64,000 nucleotides of DNA from Thermodesulfobacteriota bacterium (GCA_965215275.1 OZ244044.1:1728001-1792000); one strand, 5' to 3'; shown: positions 9,015 to 20,383, counted from the first letter of the stretch. Program-made: numbers and translations. The notes: a model not told the origin generated them from the letters alone.

Positions 9015-10173
9015 AGAACTTCTATCAGGGATTGCTGTTGTGATTGACGATGCCCTGAAAAAGGAAAAAGATGAAGGAAATGGTGATCGCATCTTTGATA
9101 TAATAGATAAAATAAAAGAACAGGATATACCTCTGTACATGGAAAGCGAAATTCCATCTGATAAAACTTGTGATAGTTTGTTAAGGTCTGCAAGTTTTGT
9201 GCTGTTGGATTGGAAACTGTGGGAAGCAGTAGGAGATACATTAGAGAAAAAGAAAATTGAAGAAAATATAGAGTTTCTTGATAGAGCAAAGAGACATTTT
9301 ACTCCTGTCTTTATATTAACAAACGAGAATATTGACGACATAGAACAGCATCTTGATTGTTGTAAATTTTATGATAAAAAAGACTCAAGAAAGAATTTTA
9401 TTTTTATTGAAGACAAGCATAGGATGAATATAGACAATGTTTTTAATCCTATTAAAGAATGGATGAGTACAAATGCTTCAGTCTATACATTGAAAGCTTG
9501 GGAGCAAGCATTCTATAAAGCAAAGGAGGATTTTTTTTGCTCTATGTATGAAAAAAGTCCTAGTTGGCCTATAGTATTTTGGTCATCTTACAAAGAGGAT
9601 GGTGTGGAGCCAAGTTCACTCATTGCCAATCTTATAAATAACAATGTATTAGCACGTATGAATAACAGTATTTTTAAGGAAAGTGTTTTAAATAGAGAAC
9701 AAGGCGAAACAGATAGAGAACAAAACAACATAGACCCCCAAGATGTTAAGTCTGTTTTAGCAGGATCAATTTTTATACCAGAAGAGAACCTATCCAAAGA
9801 TGAAATAAGGGCTGGGGATATATTTAAAAAGAAAAGAAACAAATATTTAATTAACATTCGTGCAGACTGCGATTGTATACCTAGAGATGAAACTTCCTTA
9901 GATGATATTGCTCTATTATGCATTGAAGGCAGTTCTGTCAATCCTAAAAAAGTCTATGATTTAGAAAGGGTCTGGCAATCTATTGTGTTCGGGATAGATA
10001 AAAAAACTGTCCAGTTTGATTTTAGGAAATTTATAAGTATAAAATATGGAAATGTGTGTTGTAAACGTGTTGGACGTCTAAATCATCCCTATATAACAAG
10101 AGTCCAGCAACGCTTTGCGTTTTACCTACAACGTCAAGGACTTCCCAGAATACCAGAAGAAGTGATAAATTAA
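9004..10173 (+). CDS. receiver-domain protein with uncharacterised C-terminal domain
   Basis: ATG 9004 with GGAGG RBS, overlaps kinase stop; VVIDD, LLDW, FILT receiver motifs. Confidence 0.7.
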   Translation: MDIKELLSGIAVVIDDALKKEKDEGNGDRIFDIIDKIKEQDIPLYMESEIPSDKTCDSLLRSASFVLLDWKLWEAVGDTLEKKKIEENIEFLDRAKRHFTPVFILTNENIDDIEQHLDCCKFYDKKDSRKNFIFIEDKHRMNIDNVFNPIKEWMSTNASVYTLKAWEQAFYKAKEDFFCSMYEKSPSWPIVFWSSYKEDGVEPSSLIANLINNNVLARMNNSIFKESVLNREQGETDREQNNIDPQDVKSVLAGSIFIPEENLSKDEIRAGDIFKKKRNKYLINIRADCDCIPRDETSLDDIALLCIEGSSVNPKKVYDLERVWQSIVFGIDKKTVQFDFRKFISIKYGNVCCKRVGRLNHPYITRVQQRFAFYLQRQGLPRIPEEVIN

Positions 10174-10175
10174 GA

Positions 10176-11098
10176 GGACTATATACTTAATTACCCAAAA
10201 AGATCTAACTACTTGTTATCATTAACTTTTAATTTTTGATTGTCTTTTAGTTTATTTTTAACTTTTCTTGCCTTGATAATAGCCTTTTGTTTAGAAAATA
10301 TAGCATCCACTACCTCTTCCATAGTAGCTTTTACAGGCTGTATTAATTTTGGTTTTCTTCCCATTTATCCTCTCTCTTTATATATCCGTTTATCTGATTA
10401 ATTCCGCATATTTAAGACGCTTACCTGAAAATCCTTTTATGACCTTTCCAATATGATCCATAGTAGCTAATGCTCTGTTATTGTGTCTGCCCGCATACTC
10501 ATCAACGTAGCGTTGCAAGTGTTTCTTGCTCATATAGTGATATGTTCCAACATATCCCCTCTTGAACATAGACCAGAAATTCTCTATCCCGTTGGTATGT
10601 GCTTGACCCCTCTGTAACTGTCCCTTCTATCATATTCTGTAGTTCTTCCTTCTTAACAGTTTCAGTTACCTTTGCTTTGATATTCTTATCTACCCTTGAC
10701 TTTATCCCTACTACTGATGATTTAGTCTTAATGCTTCTACCTTGTGTCCCTTTTATCTTCTTACTTGCGTGTTTGTTTTTTGATAATCCACCTACATAGG
10801 TCTCATCAACCTCTATTGGAGACAGTAAAGCATTATCCGACTGCTCTTCAAACGCTTTTCTTATCCTGTGCGCTAAAAACCAGGCTGTCTTCTGCGTTAC
10901 TTCTAAATCCCTTGATAGTTTCAAACTTGAAACTCCTTTCAGATTCGTGGTTAACAAGTAAACAGACATAAGCCAAATCTGGAGCGGTAATTTGCTTTGC
11001 TCTAATATCGTCCCCTGTCTTATACTAAACCTCTTTCTGCAATCCTTACATCTGTATGGCATTGCATGTTTAGATCTTACAGTCCTCACACTTCCACA
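10176..11098 (-). mobile_element. defective IS1595-family (ISXO2-like) element
   Basis: Zn-ribbon half CGS..YRCKDC, EVDETYVGG, then after frameshift HTNGIENFWSMFKRG..HLQRYVDE ending 10390; end motif GGACTATATACTTAA at 10176; 5' truncated, internal deletion. Confidence 0.85.
10209..10364 (-). CDS. small basic ORF (51 aa, MGRKPKLIQPVKATMEEVVDAIF...) inside IS1595 element
   Basis: read from sequence; GAGAGGA upstream; lies between transposase stop and IS end. Confidence 0.45.
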   Translation of the reverse strand: MGRKPKLIQPVKATMEEVVDAIFSKQKAIIKARKVKNKLKDNQKLKVNDNK

Positions 11099-11344
11099 GG
11101 GGCCTCTTCTCAGCCATATTTCAGGATCTTCAATCCGTGGATACAGCAGAGGAAGTTCGACCCTGATACGATCTATATAAAAAAGTGGCTGCCGGAGCTA
11201 AATAAACTGATCCCAAAGGAAATACACGGTATGCATCTCCGCAGAGCTGGTCCAATCATCCGGCAGTATCCTTCTCCGATCGTGGACCATGAGATCGAAG
11301 CCAGAAGGTCAAAGGAGGTCTATGCAGAGTTGGCAAAGTCGTAA
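11091..11344 (+). pseudogene. phrB: C-terminal remnant of DNA photolyase
   Basis: STGASSQPYFRIFNP..Q..KFDPD..YIKKWLPEL..YPSPIVDH is the photolyase FAD-domain terminus; 5' part absent. Confidence 0.8.
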
Positions 11345-11556
11345 ATTTGGGAGCGGCGACGTGGACCACTGGCAAGAATAAAGTAATATGTTGTTCTTTG
11401 CGTGACAGACCCGTGTATCATGCACGTATGGTCTGGCGATTTTTGTTATTTGGTCAGATGGGGTCTTTAGTCTTAATTTCGTTGAATTTCTCTTTTCTTG
11501 TGGTTATACTATAAAACTGCCGATCAAGCGGCTGCTTAAAGTATCAGGAGGGAATA

Positions 11557-12402
11557 ATGTCAGATTATACACATCCGGAAGTATTGGTCAGTACCCAGTG
11601 GGTGGCTGACAATTTAGACAGTCCAGACGTTGTAATGGTTGAGTCGAATGAAGATATTCTGCTCTATGAAACGGGACATATACCAGGTGCCGTGAAAGTC
11701 GACTGGCAGAATGAACTTCAGGATCAGCTTATCAGGGATTATGTCGGAAGGGAAGAATTTGAAAAACTGATGTCCGAGAAAGGAATTTCCAATGACCACA
11801 CGGTCGTTTTTTATGGAGATAAAAGCAACTGGTGGGCGTGCTATGCTTTCTGGACCTTTAAAGTGTTGGGACATGAAAAGTGCCTTATAATGAATGGAGG
11901 AAGGCAGAAGTGGGTAGAAGAGGCCAGACCTTTGACGAAAGACGTTCCGAGCAGAGACCGCACTGATTACAAAGTTCACGCGGTTGACGAATCCATCAGG
12001 GCCTTCAGAGATGACGTGGAAAAGCACGTAAGTTCCAGCAATCCGTTAATTGACGTAAGATCTCCCAAGGAGTTTACGGGCGAACTTACGCACATGGAGA
12101 ATTATCCACAGGAGGGGTGTCTGAGAGGAGGTCACATTCCGGGAGCGAACAACGTTCCATGGGCCAGAGCTGCCAATGATGACGGAACGTTCAAGTCCGC
12201 TGATGAACTTGCCGATATCTATAAGTCCGAGGTGGGCATAAAAGAGGATGACGACGTGATCGCGTACTGCAGGATAGGTGAGAGGTCTTCACATACCTGG
12301 TTCGTTCTGACCTATCTGATGGGATTTAAGAACGTTCGCAACTATGACGGTTCCTGGACCGAGTGGGGTAACCTCGTAAAGGCTCCCATAGAAAAACCCT
12401 GA
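11557..12402 (+). CDS. two-domain rhodanese sulfurtransferase (SseA/CysA-like)
   Basis: GHIPGA twice, active site [17 protein letters not shown]. Confidence 0.9.
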   Translation: MSDYTHPEVLVSTQWVADNLDSPDVVMVESNEDILLYETGHIPGAVKVDWQNELQDQLIRDYVGREEFEKLMSEKGISNDHTVVFYGDKSNWWACYAFWTFKVLGHEKCLIMNGGRQKWVEEARPLTKDVPSRDRTDYKVHAVDESIRAFRDDVEKHVSSSNPLIDVRSPKEFTGELTHMENYPQEGCLRGGHIPGANNVPWARAANDDGTFKSADELADIYKSEVGIKEDDDVIAYCRIGERSSHTWFVLTYLMGFKNVRNYDGSWTEWGNLVKAPIEKP

Positions 12403-12496
12403 CTTTTTGAAATATCTTTTTCCTGTCGGCACCGGTGAGGTGTGAAGTGGTGACACTGTTTATTTTTTGTAAATGGGTCGTTACTATCTTGGTGTG

Positions 12497-12922
12497 ATGA
12501 ACAAGCTTGGAGAAATTATAAGCCAGTTCCAGGATGCGGATTATCAGGAAACATTGGAACTTCTGCTGGATTATTCTGAGAGTTTACCTCCCGTTCCGGA
12601 GAGGTTCAGTGGTGAACTGGACAAGGAATCCAAACGTGTGCCAGAATGTGAAACGCCCGTTTACGTCTGGGTCGACGTTAAGGACAGCACAGTGAAGATC
12701 TACGCGGACGTTGCTCCTGAATCCCCGACGGTAAGGGGACTTGTCTCAATACTCGTTACAGCGTTTGATGGCAGTACACCGGAAGCGGTCGAACTGGCCC
12801 CTGCGGACCTGCTCTATCAGCTTAGGCTTGGACAGAAACTCGGAACACGAAGAATGTATGGACTGGGTGCCGTTTACCACAAGATTAAGGCCGAGGTAAA
12901 AAAACAGGCTTTGCTTCAGTGA
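12497..12922 (+). CDS. sufE: SufE-family sulfur acceptor
   Basis: RVPECETPVYV, ESPTVRGLV, RR.YGL; start taken at ATG 12497. Confidence 0.8.
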   Translation: MNKLGEIISQFQDADYQETLELLLDYSESLPPVPERFSGELDKESKRVPECETPVYVWVDVKDSTVKIYADVAPESPTVRGLVSILVTAFDGSTPEAVELAPADLLYQLRLGQKLGTRRMYGLGAVYHKIKAEVKKQALLQ

Positions 12923-12929
12923 GGTTCTG

Positions 12930-13325
12930 ATGCTACATGAAGAGTTGATGGACGTTATCATGGATCACTATGAGAACCCCAGAAATTACGGGCAATTGGA
13001 TAATCCGGATGTTCAGCAGACGGAAAGCAATCTCGGTTGTGGTGATCATATAACGGTTTATTTAAATATACAGAGCGGTATAGTGGAGGATATTAAATTC
13101 GAGATCAAAGGCTGTATCATAAGTCATGCAGGCACTTCACTTATATCGGAATTCGTTAAGGGTAGAACAACGGGGGAAATAAAGAATACCGGTCTTGACA
13201 AGATGAAGGATTTTTTAAGTAAGGATATTGTAATAAGAAGACCTCAATGCGTTGGTTTGGGGATAGATACGATAAAAAAGGCGATCATAAAGTATGAAAA
13301 GCAAAGAGGTCTTGTGAAAGTTTGA
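12930..13325 (+). CDS. IscU/SufU-type Fe-S scaffold protein
   Basis: DHYENPRNYG, CGD, GCIIS, RPQC (three Cys). Confidence 0.85.
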   Translation: MLHEELMDVIMDHYENPRNYGQLDNPDVQQTESNLGCGDHITVYLNIQSGIVEDIKFEIKGCIISHAGTSLISEFVKGRTTGEIKNTGLDKMKDFLSKDIVIRRPQCVGLGIDTIKKAIIKYEKQRGLVKV

Positions 13326-13491
13326 TCTGAACTCTTTTACTCTTTTTTATCCTGGTCTGTAAACTGTATCGGTTCTTCGTAATTTTCCGTACGAAAGGGT
13401 TTATTGCTGTAAATGTAAATTTAACTGTTCAAATTATCTGAATTTTTTGTTATCCTAATAGACCGAAAGTCAAAGATGGAGGAATTAAGTA

Positions 13492-14844
13492 ATGGCGAGA
13501 AATGGAAGATCAAAGAATGGAACGGAAGATTTTAACAGCGACAGAATTCAGAAAGCATTAGAGTACCCGTTGTTCGATTCAATATTTAACAGAAGGTCCA
13601 GACGTTTTGGACTCGGCATGGAACTTGCCGACAGCACTCTTGAGTTTAAATCAAAATATGATCCGGTGGCGCTTAGTGAACTGGAAGAGGCACTGCTCGT
13701 GTGGTCTGGTACGGGACTTACGGGACTTTGTCTTGCCGACCTCCCACCTGAAAATGGCATAGACCTTCTTTGCCAGTGGACGGGAAGGACCTGGCCATCT
13801 GCTTGCAATAACCACGGAACGGAACTTTTCTTTACGAACGATGATGGACTGTATCACGTAAACGTCAAGGAGATGCTCCCAAAAAACCATGAACTGGATG
13901 TTTTCTTCAACATGTCTCGTGATGATAAGATCGAAAGACTGCTTGAACTTTACCGTGAAAGTCTAAGTAAACTGGAAGACGGGAGAGCAGAACTTCCTGA
14001 TAAAATGCCCGGATTATTTGAATTTAATCAGTGGAACACGAACAAGCCTGGAACCACCGTCTTTATTCCGGTTACGGATATAACGGAAGAGTATCTGAAC
14101 CTTCTGACCCTTTACTGCAGTAACAGCTATGGGTTTAGTATAATTGACGATCTTACCGGGAAACCAGCCGGGGTGGAAAAATGGATTAAAAAAGGCAGGT
14201 TAAAGGGAGAAGTCAAACTGTCTCTCTTTGATCTTGAGGTCCGAATACTGACAGGGCTTAATGTTGAGCAGGCTTTTATATGTCAGAACATGGCACTTGC
14301 TCTCCAGCCCCTGGGACTTGCCGGCTGGACTTTCAGTGGTTTTATACCAAGGTTTGCAATGGGAGCGGCTCCGAATTTGTTCAAAGGGCTTGGTTTTAGA
14401 TTTATTCAGCCGAAAAAAGGGAGTATTGATCCCCCGACCACGGTTCCCGTGGGCAGAGACGGAGTGTTTGAATCGTACAGTCCTCCATATTATAAAAATA
14501 TGGACGATGCAATAGATCATTTCCTGGAGCATAAATGGGCTGCGTGGGAAGAAGACAAACCTTTCCCGTACACTGAACCTGATAAACATCTTATGAAAGC
14601 TCCAAGACCGACCGATACAACTATTGAGATAGTAAGGGCGGTTGCAAATTATATTTACGATAATTACGGTAGATTTCCCGCCTTTGTGGACCCTATGTAT
14701 ATGAGGCTTGTTTTTCAGGCAATGCACATTGACCTTGATTTTTACGATAAGTACTATCCAAAAGGGTCATATTCGGACAGGCACATTGATACCTTCCTTT
14801 CGCTTCATCCCAAGGAAGGGGGAAGATTTAATAATAATAAATAG
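13492..14844 (+). CDS. conserved hypothetical protein, nitroreductase-like fold possible
   Basis: 450-aa ORF with GGAGG RBS; RRSRRF and WPSACN resemble FMN-binding motifs of nitroreductases. Confidence 0.5.
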   Translation: MARNGRSKNGTEDFNSDRIQKALEYPLFDSIFNRRSRRFGLGMELADSTLEFKSKYDPVALSELEEALLVWSGTGLTGLCLADLPPENGIDLLCQWTGRTWPSACNNHGTELFFTNDDGLYHVNVKEMLPKNHELDVFFNMSRDDKIERLLELYRESLSKLEDGRAELPDKMPGLFEFNQWNTNKPGTTVFIPVTDITEEYLNLLTLYCSNSYGFSIIDDLTGKPAGVEKWIKKGRLKGEVKLSLFDLEVRILTGLNVEQAFICQNMALALQPLGLAGWTFSGFIPRFAMGAAPNLFKGLGFRFIQPKKGSIDPPTTVPVGRDGVFESYSPPYYKNMDDAIDHFLEHKWAAWEEDKPFPYTEPDKHLMKAPRPTDTTIEIVRAVANYIYDNYGRFPAFVDPMYMRLVFQAMHIDLDFYDKYYPKGSYSDRHIDTFLSLHPKEGGRFNNNK

Positions 14845-14904
14845 ATATTAGTGTTACATTAGAGAATTATTAAGAAGAGTTGACAGAAAGGACTTGACAA
14901 ACAC

Positions 14905-15162
14905 CATTATACAACAAGAACCTGTTCTGAATGTGTAAAGGTAAATGCAAAACTGCCACTGTCTCAGAGAGTATTTAACTGTATGTATTGCGGTTATTCA
15001 GAAGACAGAGATATAAACGCAGGTAAAAATATCAATACTCTTAATGAAGGAGACTTCATATCGGGTGGAAATAAGGTAGAAATACTCCCGATGAGTGCTA
15101 AGAGTATTAAATCAAAGAAGATCGGGGATAGAGGAGTTCTGCCATCAGAACAGTATAGGTAG
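14905..15162 (+). pseudogene. tnpB: TnpB (IS200/IS605) C-terminal remnant
   Basis: manual translation HYTTRTCSEC..LPLSQRVFNCMYCG..EDRDINAGKNI = Zn ribbon + RuvC-III; no start codon. Confidence 0.8.
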
Positions 15163-15165
15163 TTT
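15044..15165 (+). ncRNA. putative TnpB omega/reRNA scaffold
   Basis: overlaps tnpB 3' end; stems ATGAAG-GAGA-CTTCAT, ATCGGG/CCCGAT, TTCTG-CCAT-CAGAA; homologue at 62333. Confidence 0.5.
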
Positions 15166-15330
15166 TTAACTTTCCTTTATAAATCCCTTACATTATTGGA
15201 GCGAAGATTTAATAGGGAATTATGTGTATATAAAGTAAGAATGATCTGTATATCCTGATAGATCTTTGTCAATTAAAAACAGAGAAAGAAGTTAATACCT
15301 GATATTTACAGTAGAACAGAAGTAAAACAT

Positions 15331-15341
15331 GGGGGGGGGGG
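15331..15341 (+). repeat. poly-G tract (G11)
   Basis: AT-G11-ATTATCT, reverse complement of the tract-2 context. Confidence 0.85.
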
Positions 15342-15362
15342 ATTATCTACTTAAAAGCAATT

Positions 15363-16403
15363 ATGTTTAAAAAGTTAAACATAAAAAATTTTAAAGTTTT
15401 AAAAGATTTTACCTGTGATGATTTAAAACCTGTTAATACCTTTTCTGGTAAGAATAATTGTGGAAAGTCAACTTTATTAGAGGGGATTTTCTTATTATCA
15501 GCTTGTTCAAATGCTGCTGTATTAGTTGATAGAATATTTCCGTTTAGGCAAATGACTATCAACCAATCAAGAGACCTGTCTTTCTTCTTTTCTCAGTTAG
15601 ACTTCAGTGAAAAAATTAGCTTTAACGGTACTTTTGAAACTGATAAGATTTATGTGGGCTACTCTCCAGTATTAGAAGATAATAAAAAGATCAATGGTTT
15701 AGATATTGAATACAAATACAACAATCAATCATCTGGCAAGAGCCAGATCAGATATGCTCCTCAAAAAACACAACTATCCGTTCCAGGACTAACTATAGAG
15801 CAACAATCCCCTTTTGTTGTAAATATAGAAGATAATAAATCTTCCAAGATTATTTCGGCAAAAATTCTCAATTCTGGATCATTTACTGAAAGTCTTAAGG
15901 AAGTTATAGAAGTTATAAGAATGGGAAATAAGGGCACATTCCTGAAAGTGTTAAATGATGTGTTTGATGAAGAAATAATAGATGTTTTCCAAGCAGAAAA
16001 TGTGATTGAAGTTTTTCTTAAAGGGATTAAAGAGTCAATTCCTTTGAATTTGTTAGGAGGTGGAATGAATAGAGTAGTTCCTTTGTTGTCATCATCAATC
16101 TCACCGGATTACGAAGTATTACTGGTTGACGAAATAGAAAATGGACTTCATCACTCTGTTATGAAACCCATTTTAGAAGTTCTGTTTCAAGAAATCATCC
16201 GCAGAAAAAAACAAATATTCATAACTACACATAGTGAAGATATATTGAAAGCCATTGCGGAAGTTATACAGGAGAATGAAGATTTTTCAGATAATTATAG
16301 ACATCATTCATTAGTTATAAAAAATGATACTGTTCGTTGTTTTTCTTATAATTCAGAACAATTCTTGACGGCTAGAGAAACTAATTTTGACGTGAGAAAC
16401 TGA
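15363..16403 (+). CDS. ABC-type AAA_15/AAA_21 ATPase, no partner gene
   Basis: GKNNCGKS, LGGGMNR, LLVDEIENGLHH, TTHS. Confidence 0.8.
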   Translation: MFKKLNIKNFKVLKDFTCDDLKPVNTFSGKNNCGKSTLLEGIFLLSACSNAAVLVDRIFPFRQMTINQSRDLSFFFSQLDFSEKISFNGTFETDKIYVGYSPVLEDNKKINGLDIEYKYNNQSSGKSQIRYAPQKTQLSVPGLTIEQQSPFVVNIEDNKSSKIISAKILNSGSFTESLKEVIEVIRMGNKGTFLKVLNDVFDEEIIDVFQAENVIEVFLKGIKESIPLNLLGGGMNRVVPLLSSSISPDYEVLLVDEIENGLHHSVMKPILEVLFQEIIRRKKQIFITTHSEDILKAIAEVIQENEDFSDNYRHHSLVIKNDTVRCFSYNSEQFLTARETNFDVRN

Positions 16404-16477
16404 TGCTAACTTTTTTGGAAATTATTCCTACATCCTGAATATCATTATCATTGCAAGAAAGAGAAAGAAACTCATAC

Positions 16478-16507
16478 TTGACATTTATTCATAATACGAA
16501 GTAAAAT
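16478..16507 (+). promoter_or_regulatory. sigma70-type promoter of copy 2
   Basis: TTGACA-18-TAAAAT. Confidence 0.7.
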
Positions 16508-16516
16508 ATTAATGTT

Positions 16517-16609
16517 ATGAAAAGTTCAAATGTAAAAACAAAAACGCATAGTTCCATTACCCCCCCCCGTGTATACCTGAACTTTCAGCCTGGTATAAGT
16601 ATTTTGTAA
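16517..16609 (+). CDS. leader uORF (30 aa) with C9 tract (16560-16568), copy 2
   Basis: MKSSNVKTKTHSSITPPRVYLNFQPGISIL*, homologous to 72..170. Confidence 0.55.
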   Translation: MKSSNVKTKTHSSITPPRVYLNFQPGISIL

Positions 16610-16614
16610 GAACA

Positions 16615-19600
16615 ATGTTTAAGATAATCCCCCCCCCCATCTAAGTCATTACTAACTTTAGTCTTTATTCTTCTGTTTATACTGGTAATAGCTGCAAAAG
16701 GGCAGAGCAGCCTGGAAGAAACATTATCTGAATGCAGAGGCATCAGTGCAGACACGGAAGATCCGTTATACGGATGTCAGTGGCATCTGAAGAACACGGG
16801 GCAGTTAAGTTTTTCCGGAAATAGAATAACTGCAGGAGAAGATATAAACATAGAGGGGGTGTGGAACGAAGACGTATACGGTACCGGAATTAACGTAGCA
16901 ATAGTAAGTGACGGTATCGACCTTTCACATGAGGACCTTTCTGCAAACGTCCGTTCCGGACCGAACTATGATCTTTCTGACAGTTCATCCTTTAGTGGGA
17001 CAAGAGCGGCAGGAGTAACAGCAGCAACTGGATATAACGGACTGGGAGTAAGAGGAACAGCACCTGGTGCGAGTATATACAGTTACAGGTTATCCGGTGA
17101 TATCAGTGAAGCGGACGCGGTGGTCCGTAATAAGGAAATAACAGCAGTATCGGTTAACGGCCGGGGATCTGAGGACGGAGCTTTTTTTCAGGAGGCTTCA
17201 TCTTCCTGGGAAGAAGGAGTGGAACTTGGTATAAAGCAAGGGTTTTACGGTAAAGGGGTGTTTTACGTCCGGGGAGTAGGGGACGGGCATGAAAGAGGAG
17301 ATCAGGCTAATTTTAATGAATATTCCAGCTATTACGGAGTAACAGCCGTCTGTTCAACGGACGGCTTTGGAAAGAAGAGTATTTTTTCAGAAGAGGGAGT
17401 AAATCTGTGGGTATGTGCACCTGGTTCTGATATTGTAACTACTGATAACAAAAACGATTACGTTGTAACTTCCGGAACATTTCTATCAGCTTCACAGGTT
17501 GGAGGAGTGGCAGCACTGCTGAGAGAGATAAACGGGAATCTGAGCTGGAGGGATATAAAGCTTATACTTGCGGGTTCAGCACGGCAGAACGATTTTTTTG
17601 ATATGAGCTGGGAGACTGGAGCTGTTAAATACGGTTCTGATACGGAAAGATATAATTCTAATCCTAAGTATGGTTTTGGCGTGGTAGACGCAGAAGCAGC
17701 TGCAGAACTTGCAAAAAGCTGGAAAGGCGTTGGAGAGATGAGGACCATTACAGCTTCTTCAGATAATGAACTGACAATTCCTGATGGAGAAGGAGAAGCA
17801 GACGGGGTCCTTGTTTCCAGACTTATGATCCCGGACCTGGAGGAAATATTTACGGAATTCGTTGAGGTAGAACTTGTTTTCTCTCATGACCGCTTACAGG
17901 ACCTTGATATAAAAATAACCTCTCCTTCCGGGACAGTTTCGGAACTTGTGCGGGAGGTTGCCGGGGAGTCTGTAAGGGGATCTTCGGATGAAGAAAAAAA
18001 CTGCGTCAGTTACCAGAGAAGAACACATCGTTTCGGGTCGGCTAAACACCTCGGAGAAGACCCTTCCGGAGAATGGGTCCTTAAGATCTCCGATACTGCT
18101 TCCGGAGATGAAGAAGATGAAAAAAACACTTTTACCTTACACTCCTGGAGCATTAAGGTATACGGGCATTTTTATCAGGGACCTGGCAGTGAGATAAGTG
18201 CTAAACATCATGATTTCAGTTTTGGTGGTGCGACAATTCAAGATCAGGAGTATCAAATAGGAGTTCAGATAACACCATTAGAACTGCCTAGAGGAACTGG
18301 TGGGGGTGGTGGAAGTAGATACAGGTTAGAACCTAATCTGCCTTCTGGATTGAGGCGTATCATCGACACAATAAGTGGCACACCAAATACTCTGATGTCT
18401 GAGACTACTTATACATGGACTGGTACAGGTCTTAATGGAGATAGTGAAAGTATAACGTTCACCATTACGGTGGTAACAGAACTTAACTCAGAACCAACCT
18501 TCTCAGGAGCAACTGTCCCAGAGCAGATATGGACGGAAGGGGTAAGGATACCAACGTTACGTTTTCCTAATGCAACTGGAGGTAACGGAACTTTAACATA
18601 CTTTTTAAGTCCTGCGCAGCCAGTTGGTATCAGCAGACAGGACAACAGGTTATTCGGAACACCTACGGAACCTCAAAGAAGATCTCTTTATACATGGACA
18701 GTCAGAGACAAAGATAATGATGAAGATATTATTGAGTTCTATATTACTGTAAGAGAGAACGTCCCTACCTTCGGAGGTCAGACCATACCTCAGCAGAATT
18801 ATATAGTAGGCAGAACAATACAAAGATTAGTATTTCCTCGTGCAACGGGAGGGAATGGAACTTTAAATTACAGTTTAACTAATAGTATAGGTGATCCAAT
18901 TAAAATTAATGGATTGGATTATAACGAAAACACCAGAACGTTAAGTGGAACGCTCAACGTTTCTCCAAGTGGATTACCTATAACTCAAACTTATACTTAC
19001 AAGGTAACTGACTCTGACTCAGATGATGACGGTGATTCTGACAGTATTACTTTCTCTATTACTATAACGGCGGTCCTGGCCTTTACCCGGCCTGTATTTA
19101 GTCTTTATACGTTTGTAGCGGGTAATTTCCACTCCACAACTCTGCCAGAGGCAACGGGAGGGAAAACTCCCTTAACTTACAGTTTAACACCTGCATTATT
19201 TGATGGATTGGAATTTAATCCTGCTACCAGAGTGTTAAGCGGAACACCAACTGATGCAACAAAGCCTAGGAAGACTTATACATATACCGTTACTGACACA
19301 GATGGAATTACGAAAGAGCAGACGTTTGATGCTCAGGTAAGAGCAAATATTACTAACATAACGGTAGTAGATAAGGTATATAAGGTCGGTACAGCAGTAA
19401 CGGACACACTGCCTATTGCAGCGGGAGATGGTGGTGGAATATTAACTTACAGTTTAACTCCTTCTTTACCTTCTGGACTGAGTTTTAACAATAACACCCG
19501 AGAGATAACTGGAACGCCAGATACTGCAACTTCCAGAATAACTTACACTTATAGAGTAACTGACACAGTGGGAGATACTGCTCCTTTAACCTTCAATATC

Positions 19601-20383
19601 ACGGTAGTAAGAGCAGAACCAGACACGGAACCAACCTTCGGGAGTGAAACTATAGATAATAAGGTGTATATAAACGGAGAAGCAGTAAATGAAACACTGC
19701 CTGAAGCAATGGGAGGGAATGCTCCATTAACTTACAGTTTAACTAATAGTGTAGGTAATCCAATTAACATTCGTGGATTAAGTTTTAACAGAAACACCAG
19801 AACGTTAAGTGGAACATCCACCGTCAGTGTACATCTACTTCCTACAACTAAGACATATACATATAAAGTAACAGACAATGATGGAGATACAGCAGAGATA
19901 ACGTTCAGGATAACAATAGAAGAAGACAGCGAACCGGACTTCAGCGGTACAACAATACCTGATCGGGTGTACACGGGGAGAACAATAACGCTGCCGGAGG
20001 CAACGGGAGGAAATTTACCAGTTACTTACAGTATAACACCTGATCTGCCAGCTGGATTGAGATTTAACGAAGTAACGCGGGAAATAAGTGGGACACCCAG
20101 GAGTGCATCATCTGCTGCTTCTTACACGTATACGGCAACGGACAGGAATGGAAATACGGATGAGGTGAGTTTCATGCTCAGTGTAGAGGTTCCTTCTACT
20201 CCACCAACACCACCACGAGGACCAAGAACATCAGGTACTGATTCAGGCGGAGGTGGAGGAGGATGTGCTGTATCAGAGCAGAGCAGCGTTGCTTCTGATA
20301 TTCTCGGAGTAATGGCATGTCTGATGCTTATACCTGTATCTATAGTGATCAGAAGGAAGGGAAGGTCTCAGATAAAGATGTAG
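16615..20383 (+). CDS. surface protein copy 2: inactive S8 + P-domain + 7 Ig-like repeats + C-terminal anchor (frameshift in C10 16629-16638)
   Basis: ORF 16859..20383 open upstream to the C tract; C9 gives MFKIIPPPSKSLLTLVFILLFILVIAAKGQ. Confidence 0.8.
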
